Part shown: piece after piece, positions 23,346 to 33,466 of the stretch
How positions within the stretch are numbered: position 1 is the first letter of the stretch
Layout of the letters: each line of letters starts with the position of its first letter
Assembly (NCBI RefSeq): GCF_001194135.2
Contig: NC_068990.1
Coordinates: 37,677,498 to 37,710,963, forward strand
Source of the DNA: Octopus bimaculoides
Taxonomy: Eukaryota
Length of the DNA: 33,466 nt
Direction of reading: 5' to 3'
Notes under the pieces: generated by a model
What the model was told of the DNA's origin: nothing
Seen by the model: only the letters and a program-made list of their open reading frames with translations
Databases searched by the model: none
Made by a program: the position numbers and the translations under genes

Positions 23346-23429
23346 AGAAAAAATTCTAGAAATATGTTTGCCATTGGACGGGGAGAATTCTGTTATTGGA
23401 TTGTTATATAAAAAAAGCACTGGAAGATT

Positions 23430-23460
<31 letters not shown>

Positions 23461-23809
23461 CACTTGCTATATATATACACAATCATATGTAAATGATATT
23501 ATATATACACATATATGCATTTGTACATATACTTGTATATAGATGCTATAATATATATATATATGTACACACACATATATATGTATATATATTTATGTGT
23601 GTGTGTGAGTGTGTGTGTGCGTATGTATATTGGACAATAAGGGGAAATTAATGCAAATAGCATAAACATAAAAATAAATGGTAACAATAAAAATAATAAT
23701 CAGAACAAATTTAAGTTGTTTTCCATCTTCAAGAAGGCCGACAGGTACAAAACATAAGCAGAAGCAATAAACATAAGTGTAGGAGAGAAGGGGCAGGATG
23801 GTGATTGGA

Positions 23810-23810
23810 A

Positions 23811-23851
<41 letters not shown>

Positions 23852-23880
23852 ATGATGACGACGACGAGGAGGAAGAGTTG
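23810..23880. repeat. Compound (GCT)n(GAT)n(GAC)n(GAG)n
   Basis: Visible; explains the poly-S/A/H/Q pseudo-ORFs. Confidence 0.95.
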
Positions 23881-25134
23881 GAGGGGTAAGATTGTGATGG
23901 AGACGATGAAAGGAAATCCTGAAAATATAATTGAAAAACAAAATGGAGAAAAACACCAGGAAATGGATATAACATGAAGACAGAGGTGAAGGCTAAGCTA
24001 AAGTAAACCTAAACAAAAAGACTCAGCATTAGTCTTAGGGAGTGGATGTGGGAAGTCGATATGAGACATCTTCTGTGCTTTAGACATTATTTATTTCATA
24101 AGGCAAATTGTGAATTTTAGCGTCGCTGCTTACAGGTTTACAATGGGTCACTCATCGGATCGATGAATTCGTAACAGGTGCTTGTGCAATCTTATATCAA
24201 TGCCTCTTACTATAAAGTGCTATTTGTTTATGATGACTAATATATACAATAATTTAAACTGTAAGAAAATATAAAAGACTTTTTATTCAATAAATGAAAC
24301 TGAATCAAGAATTTACATTTCAGGATTTAAATTTGTATTTTTCCCATTTTTCAAATATACTTTTAAATATATTGGAAAAATCGGAAAAAACACACCTAGG
24401 TACATGTGGAAGCACACTTATTGTGCCGTGGAGCCTGGAAATAATAATAATAATAATAATAATAATAATTTGAACATCAGTATATATNNNNNNNNNNCAC
24501 ATGTCTGCATACATACATATGTATGTATATAGGTTTGCATATATGGGTAAAGGATGTCACAAAACATAAACAACATGAAATACGAAAATAACGTTGGGTA
24601 CGCAAAGAACGAGAGAAACAAAGGAAAACAAGATAAGTAACATATTAAAAAACGTCCCTTCATCAGTCTCTTCTACTCCTTATTTCAAGCTATGAACGAC
24701 AAGATAAGACTTTGAAGGCAGATACTCCCGCGAACCAAAATAAAAGTTGATAACAAAAACAGGACATACAACAAACCAAATAAAACGAATACAATCAGGG
24801 AGGGTCGTCAGGCTTAAACGAAGTAAGGTAGCGAACGCTGGAAGAAGATTCTTTGGTAAGAGAAAAGATAGGAGACAGATAGGAATGCGTCTGGACTGCA
24901 CAACAGACTGATGGAAAAAATGCTCTTTTGGGGACTGCCAGGATTTTGAAATTGATACTTGGGTGTTGAGTGTCTTCCATGATAAGTTAACATCCAAGTA
25001 CCAAACATTATTTGTGGAAATATACCCCGTGAGAGCTCTGACAACAAGTTACTGTCCGCTTCGCAGAGTCAACCAGAGTAAGACCAAGAGCTCTGAGAAA
25101 ACAACAACAACAGCAATAATAATAGTAATAATAA

Positions 25135-25497
25135 TTGGAAGCCTGACATTGTGGTAAACAAAACAAGAAACTTGCATTATAATCGACCTAGCATGTCCCA
25201 GTGACAACTATCATGACAATTTGAAGTGGGAAATACGAAGGTTGTGGGCGATGAAGAGAGTGGACGTCATTCCAGTAGTAATTGGAGTGCTTGGAAGTAT
25301 CAGTACCAACATGGCTCAGAAAAAATGGTACTAATGTAGAAATGGAAAACCTACAAAGATCATCATTGCTTGGAACTGCAAGAGTTCTCCGCAGGGTTCT
25401 TGAAGCATGACCAGTAAACAAATATCACCTTACTCTGCTGGTTGTGGACAGCTGGCACATTCCATCATACCCAGTAAAATAAACAGAGTTTTCATCA

Positions 25498-25498
<1 letters not shown>
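25135..25498 (+). mobile_element. R4-clade retrotransposon 3' end, copy 5 (same subfamily as copy 3)
   Basis: WKPDIVVN..IIDLACPSDN (PD..D endonuclease motif), LKWEIRRLWAMKRVDVIPVVIGVLGSI, SSLLGTARVLRRVLEA* (stop 25408-25410). 3' UTR matches copy 3; (AAT)n on both sides. Confidence 0.92.
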
Positions 25499-25540
<42 letters not shown>

Positions 25541-26954
25541 TCTTTTACGTGTCATAGGGGCATTGATGAGAGGGACATAAGAAGGACACAATAATTTATG
25601 TGAGGATTTATATAAAGTATGGGGAGAAAGAAATGGAAAAGGCGATGAAATNNNNNNNNNNNNNNNNNNNNNNNNNNNNNNNNNNNNNNNNNNNNNNNNN
25701 NNNNNNNNNNNNNNNNNNNNNNNNNNNNNNNNNNNNNNNNNNNNNNNNNNNNNNNNNNNNNNNNNNNNNNNNNNNNNNNNNNNNNNNNNNNNNNNNNNNN
25801 NNNNNNNNNNNNNNNNNNNNNNNNNNNNNNNNNNNNNNNNNNNNNNNNNNNNNNNNNNNNNNNNNNNNNNNNNNNNNNNNNNNNNNNNNNNNNNNNNNNN
25901 NNNNNNNNNNNNNNNNNNNNNNNNNNNNNNNNNNNNNNNNNNNNNNNNNNNNNNNNNNNNNNNNNNNNNNNNNNNNNNNNNNNNNNNNNNNNNNNNNNNN
26001 NNNNNNNNNNNNNNNNNNNNNNNNNNNNNNNNNNNNNNNNNNNNNNNNNNNNNNNNNNNNNNNNNNNNNNNNNNNNNNNNNNNNNNNNNNNNNNNNNNNN
26101 NNNNNNNNNNNNNNNNNNNNNNNNNNNNNNNNNNNNNNNNNNNNNNNNNNNNNNNNNNNNNNNNNNNNNNNNNNNNNNNNNNNNNNNNNNNNNNNNNNNN
26201 NNNNNNNNNNNNNNNNNNNNNNNNNNNNNNNNNNNNNNNNNNNNNNNNNNNNNNNNNNNNNNNNNNNNNNNNNNNNNNNNNNNNNNNNNNNNNNNNNNNN
26301 NTACTAACCGGTTTCGTCGTTCTACACACATATCAGACAGCCCCACCTGACAGTGCTTCCGTGCTTTTGGAGTTCATTTCGAATTAGCAGTGCTCTCTGC
26401 CAGGCCAGGAATTTCTGGAAGTTATCCGTGGTAGTACTGGGCCTGAAAGTCCTCCGAAACAGACCAGCAAGTTCATCCTCGTTGAAGTCTAGGTTTTTCC
26501 TGTAAACGTCATCGCTCTTATTATTAGATTTCTCTATTTTACTACTCTGGAACTTTCACCTACTGCATTGCCCGATAGGTAGAGGATAGTGAGTGCCTAA
26601 TGACATTCCGGATACTAGGCGCTTCTGGAATGTAACTAATAATATTCTTATTATCATTCTAGTTACTATTCTTATTATTATCATGTTCTTATGATCTTAA
26701 GTACTCCTATTATTATTCACAAAATACAAGAGGAGTTGATGGGATGAGCGTGAGGTTTCGGGATTTACTTATTTGGTATAGGTGGTAAGGGCTCTATTGG
26801 GTTCACGCACATCCAGCAAGCAGATTTCTAACATTGAATAGCAAAATAGCGAGGTGGCAAAACACAAAACATAGGCAAGATGAAACAAGGCTAAACTCAA
26901 TTATGCTAGTATACTAAAGATAGTAACGGAAAAGAAAAATTCTAAGTTTAAAAA

Positions 26955-27047
26955 AAACGTATCGTCATCATCGTCGTCGTCGTCGTCATCATCATCATCA
27001 TCCTCATCGCCATCACCACCACCATTATAATTATAATAATAATAATA

Positions 27048-27079
<32 letters not shown>

Positions 27080-27086
27080 CATTATT
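26955..27086. repeat. Compound (TCG)/(TCA)/(TAA)/(TTA) microsatellite
   Basis: Visible. Confidence 0.9.
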
Positions 27087-27425
27087 GCCTTTGCACAGCT
27101 TCTAATGCTGGAGATGTACTACAGTGTTAGCTGTTCACTACCAGGGAACTAAGGTAACACCTCTTATTTTTCGAGGACATTCCGGAGTATTCGAGCGGTT
27201 CCAAGCAGTGTTGTTTTCTGTAAGTGCTCCACCCTTATTGCAACCCCTATTTGTTCCACGTACTTCTCGAGATCTTTGCTCACTGTTCTCAGAGCTCCGA
27301 CAATTATTGGTACTCCTGCTACCTTTTTCATCGACCGCTACTACTTAACTTCCCAAGCTAACCTGTCATATCTCTCAACTTTTCTTTCTTCCTTATCGCA
27401 CACCTTGTTGTCAGCTGGGCATGCT

Positions 27426-27427
<2 letters not shown>
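27087..27427 (-). mobile_element. R4-clade retrotransposon 3' end, copy 6
   Basis: ACPADNKVCDKEERKVERYDRLAWEVK..VPIIVGALRTVSKDLEKY..VEHLQKTTLLGTARILRNVLEK* (stop 27164-27166). Bounded on both sides by (TAA)n arrays. Confidence 0.92.
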
Positions 27428-27472
<45 letters not shown>

Positions 27473-27474
27473 TT

Positions 27475-27620
27475 TGTTTAGAAAATTCGATTTGAAATAA
27501 AATGCTTTGCAGAATATGCTTCGGCTTTTTTACATTCTGAGTTCAGATCCCTTCGATATCTATTGTACCTTTTACACTTTTGGGTTCGATAAAATAAAGA
27601 GCCAGGCAAGCGCTGGATTG
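27475..27620 (+). mobile_element. Degenerate SINE family C
   Basis: TACATTCTGAGTTCAGATCC..CCTTTACACTTTTGGGTTCGATAAAATAAAG; preceded by (ATT)n. Confidence 0.55.
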
Positions 27621-28175
27621 TTATAATCTACTTAATCTACTAAATTACTAATGGAGAACCTGAGGCCTTTCAGACCAAAAAGCACGACCTTCTCTCAGAA
27701 ATCTAGAGCTTGCTTTAAAAATATTTTTTCATTGATTACCATTATATTTTTATCCATATTCATATACTGCTAAATAAGTTATTAAAATGGCAGTTTTCCT
27801 TTAAGTTTCTTGATTTAATATTATCTTTCAGCAACAAATATACTGTACTAGTCATTGTGAAATATGCACATATTATATTTTTAAATGTACCAAAAATTGC
27901 CCAGCTTTTAATGTGGCTATATCACGATGGGAGACGAAGTGTTGTAGGCAATGGAGCCAAATAAGTATAAGTCTGTTAAGCACAATAATAGCTACTAATA
28001 ATAAAATATTGAGAACAAGCCAAATTATCATAGTCTGTTTGCACAAACTTATACAAAATTGCTTACGCTACGTCAGCAGTTATGTGGAAAGGTCACATCA
28101 TCTTGTTATATCACCTTCCTAGCGTACACAACCCACATTTGATGTGTTTTACATTATTTAATAACTGTGTTAACT

Positions 28176-28374
28176 TTAATCTTTTGCATTTAAACTGGTT
28201 ATATCCAACCCAAATATTCTACGTGTTTTATGTTCAAACCAGATGGATTTAACCTCTCACACCTACACCATGATGTCATTTTAAAAATATACAGTCTCAT
28301 CATCAAAATCTCAAAGCCACAAGATAATATATGATTGATTCAAAACAATGTGGATATATAAGTTAAAGGGTTAA
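28176..28374. mobile_element. piggyBac-like non-autonomous MITE (TTAA-flanked)
   Basis: TTAA at 28176-28179 and 28371-28374. Right end AAAGGG-TTAA is the typical CCCTTT TIR; the left TIR is degenerate (TCTTTTGC). Confidence 0.5.
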
Positions 28375-29020
28375 GAAACATTTTATAAATCATCTACATG
28401 AAAATTGTCTCAGGAAGATGAAAAGAATGTTAGATGTTTTCATCAGCTTATCAGCAATTTGCAATGAGTGGATGACAACAAAATCATAGCGGTGGAGCAC
28501 CAACCTGGTGGCCGATAACCGTAACACAAAATATTGTAGACAAAAGATTTACATCCTGAATGGCAATTCTCTCGAGGAAAATATAATCAACTATACTGTT
28601 GAACAGAAAGAAAATTAAGTTGAAATACGGTATTCCCATAACATGGCTCGCATTTGACAAATTTATGGTTTCGTACATTATGCAAGTATACTGTCACAGC
28701 GTTCTCTTTACATGCACAGAACAATATATTTTCCCTATTTTCCCAACAAAACCACTTTAAAGTACCTTTCAGTCAGCCCGTGATGAAACATACTAAATTT
28801 ACTTCTTCTACGAAATCTACTTGTAAAATTAGAATGCATTTTATGCTAGGGTGTGTCAAATATACTGGCAAATATAGTAATTTCATTTTATTAAATATTT
28901 CATAAAATTTTTATTTTATGAAAAATTACTTTTTTGTTGTAGTCATTAGTAATATAACTCTTACTGATGCAATTCTTTGTTTACGTTTACCTTATTTTAA
29001 TTTAGTCTTCCTAGTGTATC

Positions 29021-29236
29021 AGGGTGTCCAGCTCTTTCTTCCTATTTCTGTTGCACCTGTATTTCAAAGGGCCAGCCTTGTCACACTCTGTGTCACGCTG
29101 AATCTCCCCGAGAACTACGTTAAGGGTACACGTGTCTGTGGAGTGCTCAGGCACTTGCACGTTAATTTCACGAGCAGGCTGTTCCGCTGATCGGATCAAC
29201 TGGAACCCTTGACGTCGTAACCGACGGAGTGCCAAC
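29021..29236 (+). mobile_element. SINE family A, 5'-truncated 3' half
   Basis: Reverse complement of 1474-1690 and 8387-8600; ends GACGGAGTGCCAAC. Confidence 0.9.
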
Positions 29237-29344
29237 CACCAGGGAAAATAATATATAGAAAGCATAATTTAATGAATAACCACCAACGTAGTACCACCAT
29301 AAATCTAACTGATTTGCAATAATTATTGCTGCCAAAAACCTAAC

Positions 29345-29490
29345 TGCATTGTGGCAGTTAGTTCTCACTGCTTTGATTCTGATTTCAAATTCTGTTAAGG
29401 TTGATACATTGCCTTCCGTCATTCGGATATTGATAAAATAAATACCAGTGTTTTACTGCCTCTCAATATAATTGATTATATCCCTCCACC
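29345..29490 (+). mobile_element. Degenerate SINE family C
   Basis: TTCTGATTTCAAATTCTGTTAAGGTTGA..TTGCCTTCC..GATAAAATAAATACCAGT. Confidence 0.5.
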
Positions 29491-29769
29491 CAAACTTTGT
29501 GTATAAATATGTACTTTAATGAATGGATATCATATTAAATTGTTTTACTGACTTCAACGCTACTGTGAAAATAGGACATTCACTAATCAAGAGTGACAAT
29601 GCATGTGTACATATTCTACAAGCCTAGGTAGATTTATTTTTAGAAAGACTAGTAGTTGTCCATGTATGCAAGTCTCCTTCTCCACACCACCAGTGTTGGC
29701 ACCATTCATCACAGGAATTGCTGTTAGAATGCAAAGTGCATAACAACTTCCTCACCCAGTTCTACCATC

Positions 29770-29910
29770 CACCAACCTGGATTGGCATTGTTTTATGGAT
29801 CCTGAGACAATGAAAGGCAAAATTTACCTTGTCAAGATTTGATCTCAGAACAGAGGGAGTTAGAACAAATAGCATGAGGGATTCTATCCAATGTGCTTAC
29901 AACACCGCCA
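29770..29910 (-). mobile_element. Degenerate SINE family C
   Basis: ATGAAAGGCAAAATTTACCTTGTCAAGATTTGATCTCAGAAC matches the family C reverse complement. Confidence 0.55.
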
Positions 29911-29924
29911 ATTTCTACTGGTTA

Positions 29925-30156
29925 CTCTTTTATTCTTTTACTTGTTTCAGTCATTTGACTGCGGCCATGCTGGAGTACCGCCTTTAGTCGAGCAAATTGA
30001 CCCCAGGACTTATCATTTGTAAGCCTAGTACTTATTCTATCTGTCTCTTTTGCCGAACCGCTAAATTACGGGGACGTAAACACACCAGCATCGGTTGTCA
30101 AGCGATGTTGGGGGGAAAAGACAGATGCACAAACACACATATATATATATACATAT
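29925..30156 (-). mobile_element. SINE family B 3' half (runs into gap 30157-30285)
   Basis: Near-identical to 6742-6960. Confidence 0.92.
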
Positions 30157-30285
30157 NNNNNNNNNNNNNNNNNNNNNNNNNNNNNNNNNNNNNNNNNNNN
30201 NNNNNNNNNNNNNNNNNNNNNNNNNNNNNNNNNNNNNNNNNNNNNNNNNNNNNNNNNNNNNNNNNNNNNNNNNNNNNNNNNNNNN

Positions 30286-31995
30286 AAAATGAACTGAACG
30301 ACATACACGACACTCATATTTTACATATTTTGTGGCACTCACCTGACAATTAGAAGAGTAGTGCTTACCTACACATTAAAATGATTTAATAACATGGTGG
30401 ACTTAGCTAGTCAAAGTTAAATCATCTGGCCATGGATTCAGCACCATTTTACTTGCAAGATACCAAAAATGTCGGCACTTACCAAAATGTTGACAAGTAG
30501 ACATTCTATCAAATCAGTCATTTTTTATTTATTCAACTTTTATAGCAAGCATCGATATTCTGAAACTAGTAAAGATTCTTCTATAGATTGTGGGAGAAAG
30601 GGTCGACTGAAAAAAGACAGGGCTGAAAAAATAAATAAAAAGAATAAGTACATAAGAAAACCTCAGTTACTAACAAGAAAATCTGATATCTTTGTTTAAA
30701 AAATGAATAGAAAAAATCAACAATAGCAAACAGAAAATATATACGTTTCTGTTTTCTAGATATTCTGAAATGTTTTTAGTAAGAAATATGAGACATAAAA
30801 CACAAAAATAATTTTAAAAATAACAAAACAAAAAGCACAACCCTCAGATCTGTCTACAAATGGAAAATTCTGAATTGTTTAAGTCCGGCCCTCCCTCCCT
30901 CTACACAGCCATACTTCCAAACCAATCTAGTGTTCTTTTTGAAAATATATCGAAAAAATCAGTAGAAAGAAAGGAAAAGAAACAAAATAAAATAAAGAAA
31001 AGAAGAATGAATAAAATGAAGATATATCAAGAAATGAAGAATAAAATGGATGAAATGAAGATGTATAAAGAGGGAATGAGTGAAATACTCTACGAAAAGA
31101 AAGAAAGAAAGAAAGAAAGAAGGGAGAGACTGAACAAAACAGAAAGAAAGGAATAAAGGAAAAATAAGAAGGATAGAGAAGGCCAGAAAGGTAGAAAGAA
31201 TAGTTAAAAGATAGCCAGAAAAGATGGCACAAAGAAAAGTCAATGCATTAGGATTCTAACAGAAAATGGCAGAATAGATAAAATGGTTTCTGGAATTTTT
31301 GTTGTCTTCTTACATTTTCTTCCAATTCCTTTTACAATTTTGTCCACATCACAAATCTTCCTTCTCCCTGGAGATACAATTTTACCAGATTTACCATCGT
31401 ACAATGCATGAACATAGAGAAATACAAATATATACACAAGCATATATANNNNNNNNNNNNNNNNNNNNNNNNNNNNNNNNNNNNNNNNNNNNNNNNNNNN
31501 NNNNNNNNNNNNNNNNNNNNNNNNNNNNNNNNNNNNNNNNNNNNNNNNATGTGCTTGGTAAGCAAACTACTTACCACACAGCCACTCCTGCGCCTTGAAT
31601 AAGTTTTCTAAATGTGATGTCAGTGTCCAGATAAAATGAACTGAACGACATACACGACACTCATATTTTACATATTTTGTGGCACTCACCTGACAATTAG
31701 AAGAGTAGTGCTTACCTACACATTAAAATGATTTAATAACATGGTGGACTTAGCTAGTCAAAGTTAAATCATCTGGCCATGGATTCAGCACCATTTTACT
31801 TGCAAGATACCAAAAATGTCGGCACTTACCAAAATGTTGACAAGTAGACATTCTATCAAATCAGTCATTTTTTATTTATTCAACTTTTATAGCAAGCATC
31901 GATATTCTGAAACTAGTAAAGATTCTTCTATAGATTGTGGGAGAAAGGGTCGACTGAAAAAAGACAGGGCTGAAAAAATAAATAAAAAGAATAAG
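30286..31995 (+). repeat. Exact 363-bp duplication (30286-30648 = 31633-31995), probably an assembly artefact
   Basis: Identical on reading; the first copy begins immediately after a gap. Confidence 0.85.
31549..31595 (-). mobile_element. SINE family B 5' head (emerges from gap 31449-31548)
   Basis: ATGTGCTTGGTAAGCAAACTACTTACCACACAGCCACTCCTGCGCC, matching 7092-7138. Confidence 0.9.
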
Positions 31996-33122
31996 AAGCA
32001 AGCAAAAACTTCTAAAAATTATAAGGGGTAAGGTTAAAGACGATGTTTGTACGAAGGGTAAGAAAAACAATCCGATACAAGNNNNNNNNNNNNNNNNNNN
32101 NNNNNNNNNNNNNNNNNNNNNNNNNNNNNNNNNNNNNNNNNNNNNNNNNNNNNNNNNNNNNNNNNNNNNNNNNNNNNNNNNNNNNNNNNNNNNNNNNNNN
32201 NNNNNNNNNNNNNNNNNNNNNNNNNNNNNNNNNNNNNNNNNNNNNNNNNNNNNNNNNNNNNNNNNNNNNNNNNNNNNNNNNNNNNNNNNNNNNNNNNNNN
32301 NNNNNNNNNNNNNNNNNNNNNNNNNNNNNNNNNNNNNNNNNNNNNNNNNNNNNNNNNNNNNNNNNNNNNNNNNNNNNNNNNNNNNNNNNNNNNNNNNNNN
32401 NNNNNNNNNNNNNNNNNNNNNNNNNNNNNNNNNNNNNNNNNNNNNNNNNNNNNNNNNNNNNNNNNNNNNNNNNNNNNNNNNNNNNNNNNNNNNNNNNNNN
32501 NNNNNNNNNNNNNNNNNNNNNNNNNNNNNNNNNNNNNNNNNNNNNNNNNNNNNNNNNNNNNNNNNNNNNNNNNNNNNNNNNNNNNNNNNNNNNNNNNNNN
32601 NNNNNNNNNNNNNNNNNNNNNNNNNNNNNNNNNNNNNNNNNNNNNNNNNNNNNNNNNNNNNNNNNNNNNNNNNNNNNNNNNNNNNNNNNNNNNNNNNNNN
32701 NNNNNNNNNNNNNNNNNNNNNNNNNNNNNNNNNNNNNNNNNNNNNNNNNNNNNNNNNNNNNNNNNNNNNNNNNNNNNNNNNNNNNNNNNNNNNNNNNNNN
32801 NNNNNNNNNNNNNNNNNNNNNNNNNNNNNNNNNNNNNNNNNNNNNNNNNNNNNNNNNNNNNNNNNNNNNNNNNNNNNNNNNNNNNNNNNNNNNNNNNNNN
32901 NNNNNNNNNNNNNNNNNNNNNNNNNNNNNNNNNNNNNNNNNNNNNNNNNNNNNNNNNNNNNNNNNNNNNNNNNNTATATATATATATATATATATATATC
33001 TTTAAAGTGTGTACGTGTATGTATATATATATACACACACACAATTTAAAGGGTCCACTGGAAGGTGCAACATGTTAACGTAAGTTTTGAATACAGTAAA
33101 AATGCTCCACATTATTACATAC

Positions 33123-33179
33123 CTCTGCTTGACAAAGTTCGACAACTGCTTTCGTGCTCCTCCCCCCCAATCCGATAGG
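33123..33179 (-). CDS. Candidate 57-nt internal exon of an unidentified host gene
   Basis: Acceptor TTCTGTTATATAG, donor GAG|GTATGT, 54% GC (31/57) in AT-rich flanks. All three frames are open (PIGLGGRSTKAVVELCQAE / LSDWGGGARKQLSNFVKQ / YRIGGEEHESSCRTLSSR). Product not recognised. Confidence 0.45.
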
Positions 33180-33364
33180 CTATATAACAGAATCCAAAGT
33201 ATCATGTAGGAGCAAATAAACACACAAAACATAACTGGTATTTTATGCTTTATACAATGTACACTCGTTTCTGTAAACTGTCTCTATTATTCTATTCCTC
33301 GGCATCATAAGCAAATACTTTACTGAAACACAAAGTACAAAATATTAATTATGTTTTCTGTATT

Positions 33365-33413
33365 CATTATCTATTTATCTGTCTGTCTGTCCGTCTATCA
33401 GTCTCTCTTTCTT

Positions 33414-33466
<53 letters not shown>
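33365..33466. repeat. (TCTG)/(CTTT)/(CT)n microsatellite
   Basis: Visible. Confidence 0.95.

Larger units (their letters stand above)
4693..32974. other. Assembly gaps: 4693-4905, 19288-19812, 22245-22434, 24488-24497, 25652-26301, 30157-30285, 31449-31548, 32082-32974
   Basis: N runs, most bordered by microsatellites or SINEs. Confidence 0.99.

Noticed and set aside
23700-23975. Poly-S/A and poly-H/Q ORFs resembling a transcription-factor low-complexity region
   Set aside because: Compound trinucleotide microsatellite with no convincing splice context or domain.
24620-24700. Canonical CTGATGA on the minus strand (24660-24666) as a hammerhead
   Set aside because: No downstream GAAA; the upstream GAAA gives a type II layout in which stem I cannot form.
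24680-25090. Minus-strand ORFs with SINFKILA suggesting a Penelope GIY-YIG tail
   Set aside because: No GIY/YIG or other conserved residues identifiable; too weak to call.
28071-28122. Minus-strand exon candidate with a GTAAGC donor
   Set aside because: Weak acceptor and stops in all three frames.
19042-33044. Long ORFs of 200-390 aa in the ORF track
   Set aside because: They are N-gaps plus (TA)n-derived IY repeats, not genes.
1-33466. CRISPR arrays, rRNA and prokaryotic operon features
   Set aside because: None seen; repeats are microsatellites and retroposons in eukaryotic DNA.

Overview
AT-rich, microsatellite-dense eukaryotic DNA from a fragmented draft assembly with 8 N-gaps. The SINE and LINE repertoire resembles an octopus (cephalopod) genome; that is an inference from repeat sequence style, not a database result. 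No intact protein-coding gene is visible, and nearly all listed ORFs are artefacts of N-runs or simple repeats. The window is dominated by retroposon debris. It holds six fragments of R4-clade (Dong/Rex6-like, restriction-like endonuclease) non-LTR retrotransposons: four have (TAA)n tails and three are flanked by (TAA)n on both sides. It also holds two decayed RTE-clade LINE fragments and three tRNA-derived SINE families (my labels A, B, C) in many copies. Other items are a piggyBac-like TTAA MITE, a 126-bp hairpin element and an inverted 151-bp tandem unit. Three degenerate minimal-hammerhead-like motifs share GAAACCGG. A few short candidate exons suggest the window may be intronic sequence of a host gene with micro-exons; the best is 33123-33179 on the minus strand. 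Two exact duplications next to gaps are probably assembly artefacts.
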